From Oligoflexia bacterium (lineage in GTDB: Bacteria; Bdellovibrionota; UBA1018; CAIPTA01), in the NCBI GenBank assembly GCA_023954355.1, contig JAMLID010000002.1:1130-65129 (forward strand): DNA of 64,000 bases. Reading direction: 5' to 3'. The notes below the pieces were generated by a model that made no database searches, had not been told where the DNA came from, and worked only from the letters and a program-made list of their open reading frames with translations. Position 1 is the stretch's first letter. The number at the start of each line of letters is the position of its first letter. Below, in pieces: positions 9,640-20,068 of the stretch. A program made the translations under genes and the position numbers.

Positions 9640-9775
9640 GTGCTTTCAAAATCCCAGGCCAAGACGTTCTTTATTGTTGGAACAGAGAAAACTGCTTTAT
9701 CAAAAATCACAAAAAACTATAGAAATTCAAAACTTCTGGCGATATACCACTACAAAACATGACTTGGATTCGTTG

Positions 9776-9832
9776 CTTTACCTCTTCAAACAACCTTCTT
9801 AAGCAACCACCCACTGCGAACCTAGAAGAACC
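9776..9832. repeat. 57-bp direct repeat, copy B
   Basis: Exact match to copy A. The two copies are 136 bp apart. Confidence 0.9.
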
Positions 9833-9857
9833 CTTAAGAGTTATTGCCTTTTTTGTA

Positions 9858-9905
9858 TCCACAAAAACACAAAACTCTCGCTGTCAAGCGAGGGTTTTAG
9901 TTTTT
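9858..9905. terminator. Bidirectional rho-independent terminator downstream of tRNA-Ala
   Basis: Stem ctcgct/agcgag (9876-9891) with a T-run on the plus strand and an A-run (T-run for the minus strand) upstream. Confidence 0.5.
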
Positions 9906-9981
9906 TGGTGGACGCTAGGAGAGTCGAACTCCTGACCCCCTGCTTGCAAAGCAGGTGCTCTACCAACTGAGCTAAGCGCCC
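9906..9981 (-). tRNA. tRNA-Ala (anticodon UGC)
   Basis: Reverse complement GGGCGCTTAGCTCAGTTGGTAGAGCACCTGCTTTGCAAGCAGGGGGTCAGGAGTTCGACTCTCCTAGCGTCCACCA. G3:U70 pair, TTCGA T-loop, anticodon loop TTTGCAA, encoded CCA. Confidence 0.85.
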
Positions 9982-10103
9982 TAAAATTCTTTAGAAGTTT
10001 GATCAAATTAGACGAAAATTAGCGATTCTACAAGCGGACTTTTTTATTTTTTCACTTACTTCTCACGAAAATGTAAGAGCAATTTTAGGCGCTGAGCGAC
10101 AAA

Positions 10104-10901
10104 TTATTCAGCCGAAATTGCTGGTGATGCAGGACTTCCGTTCTCAAGAAAGCCTTTAACATCTTGAAGAGCTCTTTTTAATTGGCCAAGGGAAGAGCTT
10201 GAATTTGATTGAGAAAATTCATCTACCAGAACAGAAAGCTTGGCAAGCTGGGTTTCACAGCTTTGAACGCTTCCCATTGCTTGAATTACGCAAGAGCTTG
10301 GATTTGTCTCTTTAGAGCATTTTTGTAGATCTCTTGGCGGTAAGGTTTTGCCGGCAATGGAGGCCAAACACTTTTGTCCATCACTTTCAGATTTATAGGT
10401 AGATTGAAGACAAAGATTTACTGCTTGGTCGTCATAGGTATTGTTTGCGATTGTGTCTAGGCACTGAATTTGCCCAAGGAAAGAGCCTGCAATTTCACAA
10501 ATTTCAAAGGCCGAAATAGAAAAATTTTTGTTCTTAATATGCTCAACGCAAGTCTTATAACGAGAAAAAGAAACTTCTAATGATCTTGGCTTCACGGGTT
10601 CATCAGAATCCATTTTCGCGCGACCGTCTTCTTCCATATGTCGTAGGCAAGAATCTAAAATGCCTCTATGAATAACATCAGTTTCGCTAATGGCTCGATT
10701 GCAATTAGTTCGAAGCTTTTTGCAGGCTTCCGATCCATCCGTACATTTTTCGAGGCTTTTGGTAATTGAATAGCAGTCTTTACGAATTTCTTTGCCGCTT
10801 TCCCATAAAAAATCCATACTTTCGTCGGCATACGAAGCGTTTATAAAAACGTAAAGTGAAAGAACGAATAGTGAAAATTTTTTCATAATTACCCCAAGCA
10901 C
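10104..10901 (-). CDS. Secreted Cys-rich hypothetical protein
   Basis: Signal peptide. No motif recognised. Confidence 0.45.
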   Translation of the reverse strand: MLGVIMKKFSLFVLSLYVFINASYADESMDFLWESGKEIRKDCYSITKSLEKCTDGSEACKKLRTNCNRAISETDVIHRGILDSCLRHMEEDGRAKMDSDEPVKPRSLEVSFSRYKTCVEHIKNKNFSISAFEICEIAGSFLGQIQCLDTIANNTYDDQAVNLCLQSTYKSESDGQKCLASIAGKTLPPRDLQKCSKETNPSSCVIQAMGSVQSCETQLAKLSVLVDEFSQSNSSSSLGQLKRALQDVKGFLENGSPASPAISAE

Positions 10902-10984
10902 GCATTTATGAAGATAGAGCGGCTTCCCCAGCTATCATATCCAGAATATAACGCATTTCGCAATAATTTTTCTTAGCTCCAGTA

Positions 10985-12067
10985 TTAATGAAGTTTCGCT
11001 TTGGGTTCATGCTCATTTAGCCATTGTACATAGGCTTGAACGCCTTGCTCTAAGCTAACCATAGGCTTTGAATAACCACTGGTTAAGAGCTTTTGCATTT
11101 TGGCTTCGGTAAAGTATTGGTAAGCCTTTCGGTACTGCTCTGGTGTATCGATCCATTGGATTTTTTCAGGTAGGCCTAGAGATTGAAACACAGCCTTCAT
11201 TAGATCGTAAAAGGTTCTCGCTTTGCCTGTTCCACAGTTGTAAAGACCAGAAGCTGGTTTTTTTTCTAAAACAAATTCAACCATCGAAACAATATCACTT
11301 ACGTGAATAAAGTCTCTTTTTTGTTCACCATCTTTTACCTCTGGGTGATGAGAGCGAAAAAGCTTACACTCTCCATTGGTCATAATTTGTCGATAGCCAT
11401 GAAGTACAGCACTAGCCATGGGCCCTTTGTGACTTTCTCTTGGTCCATAGACATTAAAAAATTTGAGACCATACCAATTTGGCGGACACTGTTGTGATTT
11501 TTCGTATCTTTCATGAACCCAAAGGTCAAAATCTTGCTTAGATTGCCCATAGGGATTCATGGGTTTTAAACGAAGAGTGGTTTCCCAATCATCTGAAAAC
11601 CCCTCGTTGGCGTTTCCGTAAGTTGCTCCACTGGAGGCATAAATGAACGGAACCTGTTGATCTACGCACCAAGACCAAAGGCTTTTCGTATATTCAACAT
11701 TCCACTGATTTAAATAATCTAGTCTTTTCTCTGCGGTGTCGGTACACGCCCCTAAATGAATGATCGCTTCAATGGTTTCACCCTTAGGTATGAGTACAGA
11801 CGATTTTTTTGGGTCTCTTGCTTTTGCTGGATCTTTATCAATTTGTTGCAAAACTTTTACAAAATACTCTCGGTCAATAATCTTATGTCTTGTCTCTTGG
11901 TTTTCTTTTCCTTGTGCCCAGTCCCATAGAGAGCTTTCTTGGGCTCCAGGCATATTTCTTTCGCGAAAATAAGAAGGTGTATCTACGAGAATCAATCGAT
12001 AGCGATTAGCTAAAGACTCATAAACATGACTGCCAATAAAACCTGCGGCTCCAGTAAGAATTATCAT
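10985..12067 (-). CDS. hldD: ADP-L-glycero-D-manno-heptose-6-epimerase-like NAD-dependent epimerase
   Basis: MIILTGAAGFIGSH Rossmann motif. FFNVYGPRESHKGPMASAV closely matches the HldD segment FFNVYGPREGHKGSMASV. YxxxK present. Confidence 0.7.
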   Translation of the reverse strand: MIILTGAAGFIGSHVYESLANRYRLILVDTPSYFRERNMPGAQESSLWDWAQGKENQETRHKIIDREYFVKVLQQIDKDPAKARDPKKSSVLIPKGETIEAIIHLGACTDTAEKRLDYLNQWNVEYTKSLWSWCVDQQVPFIYASSGATYGNANEGFSDDWETTLRLKPMNPYGQSKQDFDLWVHERYEKSQQCPPNWYGLKFFNVYGPRESHKGPMASAVLHGYRQIMTNGECKLFRSHHPEVKDGEQKRDFIHVSDIVSMVEFVLEKKPASGLYNCGTGKARTFYDLMKAVFQSLGLPEKIQWIDTPEQYRKAYQYFTEAKMQKLLTSGYSKPMVSLEQGVQAYVQWLNEHEPKAKLH

Positions 12068-12121
12068 TTTTCTAACATAAACCAGCTTGTAGGTAGAGAA
12101 AAGCTTCTGTAATGTCTAAGT

Positions 12122-12757
12122 GTGGAAAAAATGAAAATACGCTATGTGCATATATTGATTCTAAGCATATTCATGACGAGCTGTGCAGTTGCGCCCCTAT
12201 CTACACATACGACGGCTAGAACAAATGGTAAGGGCGAGAGTATGGCTAGTGTAGGCTCTACTCTTGCTATTGGATCGAATAATATTTGGGTTCCTTCATT
12301 AAAATACTCTATAGGCCTTAGCGAAGAATGGGACTTTGGTTTTCAGTATGAAGTTATTGAATACGGAATCTGGGGCAAATATGCTTTTATCCAAAATAAA
12401 GACGAAGGGCTTTCTTTTGCTGGTGTATTAGGAACAGGATTAAGTTTTGAAGGTTTTTATGGATATCTTGGTCCCATGATTAGTTGGAAAAAGGGGATTT
12501 TTGAGCCTTATTTTTTTACTCGATTTAATTATGTTCGTTACCCTAAGGCCAAAATTGATTTGGCCTCTATCGGAGAAGTTAGCGTTCGTCCAGGGACTTA
12601 TCGTTATTTGCAACATACCCTTGGATTTTTTATTTGGCCCCTTGAGTGGTTCGGTGGAGGCTTAGAGGCTAGCGCTTTCACTACCATCAGCAGCCCGTTT
12701 GTATTACAAGATAAAAGGCGAATGCTGTTTTCTGGTAATTTTAGTTTTCGTTTTTAG
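12122..12757 (+). CDS. Hypothetical lipoprotein or outer-membrane protein (ends in aromatic residue F)
   Basis: Signal peptide with Cys lipobox (MTSCAV). Alternating beta-strand-like pattern. Confidence 0.4.
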   Translation: MEKMKIRYVHILILSIFMTSCAVAPLSTHTTARTNGKGESMASVGSTLAIGSNNIWVPSLKYSIGLSEEWDFGFQYEVIEYGIWGKYAFIQNKDEGLSFAGVLGTGLSFEGFYGYLGPMISWKKGIFEPYFFTRFNYVRYPKAKIDLASIGEVSVRPGTYRYLQHTLGFFIWPLEWFGGGLEASAFTTISSPFVLQDKRRMLFSGNFSFRF

Positions 12758-12793
12758 ATTGGCTTTGCAAATTTTCTTATGTATGGTTCTGCC

Positions 12794-13940
12794 ATGGACT
12801 ATTCACTCAACGAAATTGAAAAAGATTTAGAAAGTATAGAAGTCAAAATTACTGATTTACGGAGGTCGCTTTGACGTTGAGACTAAAGCAAGAAGACTAG
12901 CTGAAATCGAGAACATGGAAGCCGATCCAAGTTTTTGGAGTGACAATCGAAAAGCCTCTCAGATACAAAAAGAAAAAGCCAATCTTAAACAAATAGTAGA
13001 AGAGTTCTCTTATTTAAAGTCAGGGTATGATGATGCAGTGACCTTGCTTGAGCTCTTAAGAGAAGATCCTCAAGAAAAGTCATTATCAGTAGAGCTTGAA
13101 TCAACTCTGAAACAAATAAAGCCAAAGGTAGATGATCTTGAAACGAGAACATTATTAGGTGGCGAACAAGATAACAGTAATGCATTTTTAAATATTAATT
13201 CTGGAGCAGGTGGTACAGAGTCGCAAGACTGGGCTCAAATGCTTTTACGTATGTATTTGCGATGGTGTGATATTCATGGATTCAAAAAAGAAATTGTAGA
13301 AGTTTCTGAGGGCGATGGTGCTGGGATTAAGAGTGCTACAGTGATGATAGAAGGGTCTTATGCTTATGGAAAATTACGCGCAGAAGTGGGTGTACATAGA
13401 TTAGTAAGAATTTCTCCCTTCGATGCTAATAAGCGAAGACATACCAGCTTTGCTTCTGTTTTCGTGTACCCAGAGGTTGATGACGAAGTAGAAATTGAAG
13501 TGAAAGAAAGTGATATAAGAGTAGATGTTTTTCGCTCTGGTGGTGCCGGCGGGCAGGGGGTAAATACTACAGATTCAGCTGTTCGTATTACACACTACCC
13601 TTCGGGAATCGTAGTGGTTTGTCAAAACGAAAGATCTCAAATTAAAAATAGAGCAACTGCTATGAAAGTCTTAAAAGCAAGGCTTTATGAAAAGCACTTA
13701 GAAGAAGAGCGCGCAAAACAAGCGGCCACGGAAGCATCTAAAATGGCTAACGAGTGGGGTTCGCAAATTCGCTCCTATGTATTGCATCCTTATCGCTTAG
13801 TGAAAGATCACAGAACAGGAGAGTCTACCTCTTCTGCCGATGATGTTCTTGATGGAGCACTGGATCCATTTATTCATACCTTTTTATTGTGGGATAAGGG
13901 CTTAATTGAGCGTAAAGCTGGCGATGAAGAGCTAGAGTAG
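12794..13940 (+). CDS. prfB: Peptide chain release factor 2 with programmed +1 ribosomal frameshift. ORF1 12794-12871 stops at TGA 12872-12874; the frame continues from GAC at 12873.
   Basis: The SPFDANKRRHTSFASVFVYPE and GGQGVNTTDSAVRITHYPSGIVV (GGQ) motifs match RF2. The canonical GGAGG-N3-CTT TGA C shift site lies upstream of the annotated ATG at 12915. Confidence 0.85.
12861..12875 (+). promoter_or_regulatory. RF2 autoregulatory +1 frameshift site (internal SD GGAGG, then CUU UGA C)
   Basis: ggaggtcgctttgac. Confidence 0.8.
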
Positions 13941-13953
13941 CAATTTTAGAAAT

Positions 13954-14466
13954 CTATTTTTTCGTAAAGTGTTGAATCAGCTGAATCGCTTCTTCTTGTT
14001 CTATAAATGGTGCTGTGACGATTCCGTGAATGATTGTATGTAGAGCTAAGAGTTCTATTTGTGTTAAGTTTGGGTTTTGTTCTTTTAGTTTTTTTTGAAA
14101 TTTGGCTTCTACTTTTTTAAAAGCTTCGTTCAAGGGGCTAGTTGTAGCTCTCCATTTTAAATAAAAAAGAGCTGGGTCTATATTTTCTTGTAGTTTCTTT
14201 TTTGCTTTTATTAAACGGCTACTGAAACTCAGATTTTCATGCTCGACTAGACCATAAAAATCATAGCAAAAAATTTCAATTGCCGAACTTAGCATTTTAT
14301 TTTTGTTACTGCCAAAGTAGCGATAAATGATTGGTCTACTTAGGCCTGTCTTTTTTGTAACTTCAGTGATTTTCCAATTTAAATGACCTTTTTTAATTTC
14401 TAATCCTAAAATTGCCTCAGAGATTTTTAATTGGGTTTGGTACTTTGAATTTATTTTTTTAGCCAT
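13954..14466 (-). CDS. TetR-family transcriptional regulator
   Basis: N-terminal HTH VTKKTGLSRPIIYRYFGSNKNKML resembles the TetR signature. Confidence 0.55.
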   Translation of the reverse strand: MAKKINSKYQTQLKISEAILGLEIKKGHLNWKITEVTKKTGLSRPIIYRYFGSNKNKMLSSAIEIFCYDFYGLVEHENLSFSSRLIKAKKKLQENIDPALFYLKWRATTSPLNEAFKKVEAKFQKKLKEQNPNLTQIELLALHTIIHGIVTAPFIEQEEAIQLIQHFTKK

Positions 14467-14614
14467 CCATTAAATTGTGCGCTGAAAGTCTTGCTTATAA
14501 AACTAGATAAAAGCTGTTTTGGGCTATGGGTTACAGAAAAGTAGATTCCTGTAAACCGTGTCTATTTGCTTGTAATGATGCAGTGCTTTAATATGCTGAG
14601 CAAGGAGCCAATTT

Positions 14615-15642
14615 ATGAAAAAACTCGCAGGATTACTCACATTCTTTATTTCTTTTAATAGTTTAGCAACGGATGAGCATATTCATCGTTATGAGCGCCT
14701 ATCAGCGGATGAAGTAGTTTATCAAAAGCAAATTTTAGAAGGAATTTTAGAATTGCAAAATGCCAATATGGAAAATGGGAAAAGAATGCGAGGCACCCAT
14801 GCCAAAAGGAAGCTGCTTAACGGGATCATTATCTATTCATAATCAAGCTCTTATTGATGGGTTTACCAGTAGTAGGGCTTTATAAATATCCGGGAACCTA
14901 TAAGACCACGATTCGGTTTGCCAATGCAGAAGGCAAGATTCAATCAGACTGGGAAAAAGATGTTCGATCTATTTCTGTAAAAGTTGAGCTGCCAGAAAGC
15001 CTTGCAGTCGAGGCTGGTGCAGAAACTCAAGATTATTCTATGAATAACACTCCGGAATTTTCTATTGATTCGGTAGAAGAATTTGCCAATCTTTTTACGA
15101 GAGAAAAAATCGGTTTATTTGTGAAAACCATAGCAAGAGGTTTGAAAGACAAAAGACGTTGGGATGGAGAAAAGTTTACAGAGCTTACGTTCTACAGTGG
15201 TACCGCCTATGCCTTAGGTAGCGAGCATGTAAGTAAAATTGCCTTTAAGCCCTGCAAGCAGAATTTTTCTGATACTGCTAAGTTAAGTAAGTCAAACCCG
15301 AATGCATTTATGGATCACGTATCAAGCATAACAAAAGATAAAAAAGCTTGCTTTGGTTTATGGCTGCAAATTTTGAATCCTCAAAAGATTCCTCAAGGGT
15401 TTTTCTCTAAGAGTACAGCTGCTGATTATGTTGAACATTCTGCAAAATCATGGGGCGAAGAAGAAAGCATTTGGGTTAAAGTAGGGCAGTTAGATTTTAT
15501 TGATAATAAACAAATTAGCTCAAGTGCTTGTGAGTCTTTGAGATTTAATATTAATCGTAATACGTTCAGAGATCAGCGAGGAATTGGAAATATCAACCGT
15601 GCGCGAACCCAAGCAGAAAAGGCTAGTGCTGAAAGAAGATAA
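14615..15642 (+). pseudogene. Catalase-related (heme) domain protein split by a frameshift near 14820-14855 (ORF-track entries 14615-14842 and 14854-15642)
   Basis: RGTHAKRK at the end of the first ORF and VGLYKYPGTYKTTIRFANAEG at the start of the second correspond to the catalase-family RG.HAKG...G.F...V.P..VRFS block. The two ORFs are in different frames. Confidence 0.4.
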
Positions 15643-15725
15643 AACTAAATAATATTAAATACTTATACTGCCTTTAAAAGGCTGGGTTCTATCAAGTTTT
15701 GCGCCTAAATGTCCGATAAGTAAGT

Positions 15726-17669
15726 ATGCGTTATTTAGAGCAAATTTCAAAAAACTTGCTATTAATTGCGTTTGTTTTTTTAATAAATAATATTTATTTA
15801 ATTAAGTCTTTTGGTGCCGCTCAAGCTACAGATAGTTGCTCTTCTGCTACTGTGGTTGATGGCTTCATGAGAGAGGCGCAAGAGCAGTATACTGCCGATA
15901 AAAATTGTGGAAAAAGTCCTACAGCAATTTTAGATAGAGCTCGCTTAGGAACTGTACGTCCGAAAGAAGCTTGTCGAGAAGCATACGATGATTTAACTCA
16001 GTATGCGAAAAACTATCTTGATGAAAAGCAGAAACAATGTGCCATTATTAAGCAAGCAACGGCTGGCCAAAGTTGTGATGGCAAAAAAGGTGCTGATGGA
16101 AAAGCCTGTATGGATGAAGCTGCGGCGAAGTTAGAGGCAGCTGCAGAAGCAGAAAAAAAATTGAAATCACTTCTGACTGAGGGTGAGAAAAAAATGGCTG
16201 ATCACGCTATGGTGATGGAAGGTGTACAAAAAATTTATGAGCTACATCGACAAGAAATGCACCAAGCATGGGACGAAACAGTTAGAAAAATTCAGTGGTA
16301 TGAAGAACAAGCCAAACAAAATTGGCAACAAGACACATTTGGAGATACCGCAGCTGCCGATGCTCAGCTTAAAAAACTAAGAGAAGAAAGGGATCGTTTA
16401 GCTGCGGGTCTAGAGGCTGGATCGGTGATAGAGAATAATATGATCAAAGTTGCCCCTGAGGGTGGCGCTGTAGTTTTGGCAGCTACCTCTGCTAGTGAAT
16501 CTACCATTTCGGGCTACTTATCAAATCTAAATGGAAAAAAAGATGAGGCGGCACAAACTGTTCGCTACGCGAATCAATTTAAGAAAATAGCTGACCAAGG
16601 AATTAAAGATCACACAACAAGACAGACCACGTTCACAGAGCAGGCAAAGGCATTGCGTGCCAGAGCTAAAAACCTAAACTCGAATTATGATAGGTCAGAT
16701 AAAGATTCAGATATAGCTTTGCCTGATAAGGTGCCTGTTCCAGAGAGGCGACCTGAAAATAAACCTGCTGAAACAAGGACTGCTGCAGAAACTAAAGTGG
16801 CAGGTACAGAACTTTCAGCGGCATCTACAAGTGGACAATCACAAAAAGGCAATGAAACTAATAATTCTAAAAGTTCGAGCGCAAATAATGGCCTAGCTAA
16901 TTTAGCGCCACTGGCATCTGCAGGAGCAGCGTCGATGAATAGAGGCGCTAGTTCTGGATCTAATATGGGATCGTTTAATACTCAAATCACAGACGGTCAA
17001 AATGCAGGTGTTGAGGTTGAGGGGAATCCAAACTTTAGTGATCCCAAAAATAATGTAGGAGAAGCGCTGAATAATACCAAAATCGTTTCTAATAATAAGA
17101 GTGAAGAGGCGGTAGACCCTACGAGTGAATATGCAGCCCAATATGACCAAATGGATAATAAAAATAATGAAGCAGAGGTTAGTTCTGCTAGTCGTATTGA
17201 TGGTGGATCTACAGTGGAAGATTTGGCTAATGGAAGAGGAGCTGTGGCAACTACGAGCGCTTCTTTAGGGCAAAACCATAGTTTATCACCTGCTGAAACT
17301 GGAATTAACTCTGGTGATTTAGGTGCGCCAAAGCTGTCGATCAGTGGAATAGAGACAAAATCTACAATGAGAGAACTAGCTAGTGATTTTGGCTTGGGTG
17401 ATCTATTTGGGTCTATGGATGGTAGTACAGCCGAAAAGGAAGAGGTTAGTGAATCTGGCCTTTTTGGTTCATTAACAGGCAAGATGGGGGCTACTTCGGT
17501 AAATAATCCAATAAAATCTGAAGAAGCGATTGTCCAAGCAGATACAGGGCAAAGAGAATCTGAAAGTCTTGATTCTATATCTCTTTTTGAGCGTGTTCAT
17601 GATCGCCTGCAAATAAATCTTAAGAAAGGAAACTTACTTTTAGTAAGGCCAGAGAGAAATAAGAGCTAA
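15726..17669 (+). CDS. Large secreted protein with coiled-coil N-terminal half and Ser/Asn/Gly-rich C-terminal half
   Basis: Signal peptide. Composition only. Confidence 0.5.
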   Translation: MRYLEQISKNLLLIAFVFLINNIYLIKSFGAAQATDSCSSATVVDGFMREAQEQYTADKNCGKSPTAILDRARLGTVRPKEACREAYDDLTQYAKNYLDEKQKQCAIIKQATAGQSCDGKKGADGKACMDEAAAKLEAAAEAEKKLKSLLTEGEKKMADHAMVMEGVQKIYELHRQEMHQAWDETVRKIQWYEEQAKQNWQQDTFGDTAAADAQLKKLREERDRLAAGLEAGSVIENNMIKVAPEGGAVVLAATSASESTISGYLSNLNGKKDEAAQTVRYANQFKKIADQGIKDHTTRQTTFTEQAKALRARAKNLNSNYDRSDKDSDIALPDKVPVPERRPENKPAETRTAAETKVAGTELSAASTSGQSQKGNETNNSKSSSANNGLANLAPLASAGAASMNRGASSGSNMGSFNTQITDGQNAGVEVEGNPNFSDPKNNVGEALNNTKIVSNNKSEEAVDPTSEYAAQYDQMDNKNNEAEVSSASRIDGGSTVEDLANGRGAVATTSASLGQNHSLSPAETGINSGDLGAPKLSISGIETKSTMRELASDFGLGDLFGSMDGSTAEKEEVSESGLFGSLTGKMGATSVNNPIKSEEAIVQADTGQRESESLDSISLFERVHDRLQINLKKGNLLLVRPERNKS

Positions 17670-17791
17670 TTAATTGAAACCATTGAATTTAAAAAATTAA
17701 AGAGAGAATCAATAATAGTCGATTAATTATATAGGATATTTGGATTCACAGGGGCGTGAGAAATATCCATGAATAAACAGGGGGCACAGCC

Positions 17792-19102
17792 ATGAAGTTA
17801 TTAATTGTAATCATAGGGACGGTAGGATTACTTTTTCAAACGAATTTTGTTTACGCAAGTTTGGGTAGTTCTGGTAACTCATCAGTTCAGCTGAGCATGG
17901 TTGATGTTAGTGGATTACAGAATGCAAACGTAACTTGCGCGGGAAGCGACTACCAGCCAACGCCTGGTGGTTTACCATCAGCGCCCTGCCAGGCATGTAA
18001 GCAGAAGCTAGATGAGCTTAAGCAAAAAATTCCAGAACTTGTGAAACAAGCTAAAGGGCAAGATGGCATCACGACAGGGGCGACGACTGCAGGTACTCAG
18101 GTTGTTGCTGGTGCAACTACTGGGCAGCAACAAAATACACAAACTAGTGCTGCTAACTCAAATAGCCTAGGTAGTTCGGGTGCTCAAAATAGGGCAAATA
18201 TTGCGAATAAGCTTGCCCAAGAATTAAAGCAGTGTGCTTCTGATATTCAAAGCTCTTGTAATGGTAAAGTTGGTCCTTCAAGCGATGGTACGCAAGTGCA
18301 AAATGCTATGAATTCTTGTAATAATGCTTCCCAAGTGGCTCAAGCAGCAGGAGCCGAGCAACAGAAAAATTCTGGTGGCCTAGGCGAAGCACTTCAAGCA
18401 GCTTCTGGTTTAGCGCAAGCTCTAGGTCCATTAGCGCAAATGTTAGCTGGTAAGCAAGATCAGTCAGCTACAGACCCTTATCAAACACAGCCAAACTACC
18501 AGACCTCTGGTGGCAGTACATTGAACGACCCAGGCACTACGAACGGTACATCATTTACAACAGGGCAATCAAACGGCACAGAGCTAGGAACAAACCCTAG
18601 TGTAAGTTCTGAGTTTGCGTCTGTGAGTCCAAAAGAATTCAATACCGGATTAGAAGGTGCCGGAGGTTTTGATTCCTCTTCTGGAAACGGCTTTGGTTCG
18701 GGCGGTGCAAGTGGTGCCGACATTGCTGCAAATGGTGGTGGAGGCGCATTAGGCTCTAGTGGATCATTCAATAGTAGCGGTGCTTCTAAGATGGGAGACA
18801 AAGCTGCAGAGGCCGCAGCGGCTGCCAATAGCCCAGGATCTGAAGATTATGCTTATGGTGCCGGCGGAGGTGGCGGTGGTGGTGTAAAACCAGCTATGCT
18901 TGGATTAAAATCAAAGAGTGGCGATCTTGAAGGATTAGCTGATCTTGGCGCGAGCAATGAGACTCTTAGCGCTGATGAAAATGGCGAAAGAATGCTTGCT
19001 AGCGAAGAGCAGGGTGATGGTATTCATGGTAATGATGGAAGCTCTTTATTCAATGTGATTCACAGCAAATACTCTGAAATTAAGCGCAGAGGTAGTATCT
19101 AA
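17792..19102 (+). CDS. Secreted Gly/Ser/Ala/Gln-rich low-complexity protein
   Basis: Signal peptide. Runs such as GGGGGGG. Confidence 0.5.
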   Translation: MKLLIVIIGTVGLLFQTNFVYASLGSSGNSSVQLSMVDVSGLQNANVTCAGSDYQPTPGGLPSAPCQACKQKLDELKQKIPELVKQAKGQDGITTGATTAGTQVVAGATTGQQQNTQTSAANSNSLGSSGAQNRANIANKLAQELKQCASDIQSSCNGKVGPSSDGTQVQNAMNSCNNASQVAQAAGAEQQKNSGGLGEALQAASGLAQALGPLAQMLAGKQDQSATDPYQTQPNYQTSGGSTLNDPGTTNGTSFTTGQSNGTELGTNPSVSSEFASVSPKEFNTGLEGAGGFDSSSGNGFGSGGASGADIAANGGGGALGSSGSFNSSGASKMGDKAAEAAAAANSPGSEDYAYGAGGGGGGGVKPAMLGLKSKSGDLEGLADLGASNETLSADENGERMLASEEQGDGIHGNDGSSLFNVIHSKYSEIKRRGSI

Positions 19103-19180
19103 GAATAGGGCATGTTTTCAAAGTTAGAATCGCAGTAGCTTATAATTTTGAAAACAAACCTTAGTAAATAAAATAAAAAA

Positions 19181-19210
19181 GCCAGAGCTGGTTCTCTGGC
19201 TTTTTTATTT
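19181..19210 (+). terminator. Rho-independent terminator
   Basis: gccagag-ctggtt-ctctggc followed by TTTTTTATTTT. Confidence 0.7.
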
Positions 19211-19381
19211 TATTTTTCTTGAAAAAAGTACAGGGGCGGCGCGCCTTTGAACTATGCTCTGCACAATGTGGAAGAATTGTGGGGGATTTTCTTCTTTTTT
19301 GCTTCAATTTCATTTCGTAATTGAGTTTTCATTTTTGCCTGATTAGGCTCAGCTTTCGTCACTTAAATTTTTGGAGGGGAA

Positions 19382-20008
19382 ATGAGAGAGACCGTGGGCT
19401 CATATGGTTGGGTAGAAGTTATTTGTGGGTGTATGTTTAGCGGAAAAACGGAAGAGCTAATTCGTCGAATGACTAGGGCTCAGATAGCTAGACAAAAACT
19501 GCAAGTGTTTAAGCCAGCTATTGATGACCGTTATGGAAAAGAATGCGTTTCTTCTCACAATGCTAATCGTATTGACTCTATTCCTATCCATGGTGCCGCA
19601 GAGATTTTGGAGCGCTTAGATGATTCTACGCGAGTTGTGGGCATAGATGAAGCTCAGTTTTTTGATACACATTTAGTTGAAGTTGTTGAGCGTTTGGCAA
19701 TGAGAGGTATTCGAGTTGTTATTGCTGGTCTAGATATGGATTTTAGAGGAGAACCCTTTGGTCCCATGCCACAACTGTTAGCGATTGCAGAACAAGTAAC
19801 AAAGTTGACTGCAGTTTGTATGGTTTGTGGTGGGCCGGCTACACGTTCTCAGAGAATGATTTCTTCTGATGAAACCGTGTTGGTGGGAGCTCATGATTCA
19901 TATGAGGCTCGTTGTAGAGCACATCATCATTCTCAAGCTGAGAATCGGGCTTTATTAAGGCCTGTGATGAAGGCTTCTTTAGAAGGCTCTATAGGTATTT
20001 CTCAATAA
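19382..20008 (+). CDS. tdk: Thymidine kinase
   Basis: P-loop [16 protein letters not shown]-terminal zinc ribbon [15 protein letters not shown]. Confidence 0.85.
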   Translation: MRETVGSYGWVEVICGCMFSGKTEELIRRMTRAQIARQKLQVFKPAIDDRYGKECVSSHNANRIDSIPIHGAAEILERLDDSTRVVGIDEAQFFDTHLVEVVERLAMRGIRVVIAGLDMDFRGEPFGPMPQLLAIAEQVTKLTAVCMVCGGPATRSQRMISSDETVLVGAHDSYEARCRAHHHSQAENRALLRPVMKASLEGSIGISQ

Positions 20009-20068
20009 ATTAGACTATTTGGGGTCTATTTTCTTAAGGTTTTTTTTAGATAAAACCGAAACAAAAGT

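Noticed and set aside
12915-12917. ATG at 12915 as the prfB start
   Set aside because: The upstream in-frame GAC following the CTT TGA C shift site and the conserved 26-codon ORF1 indicate the real start is 12794.
16997-17482. 161-aa antisense ORF inside the large secreted protein gene (also 16902-17150, 18496-18828, 43946-44170)
   Set aside because: These are antisense to Gly/Ser/Ala-rich coding sequence, which yields long Pro/Ala-rich open frames by composition alone. No start context.
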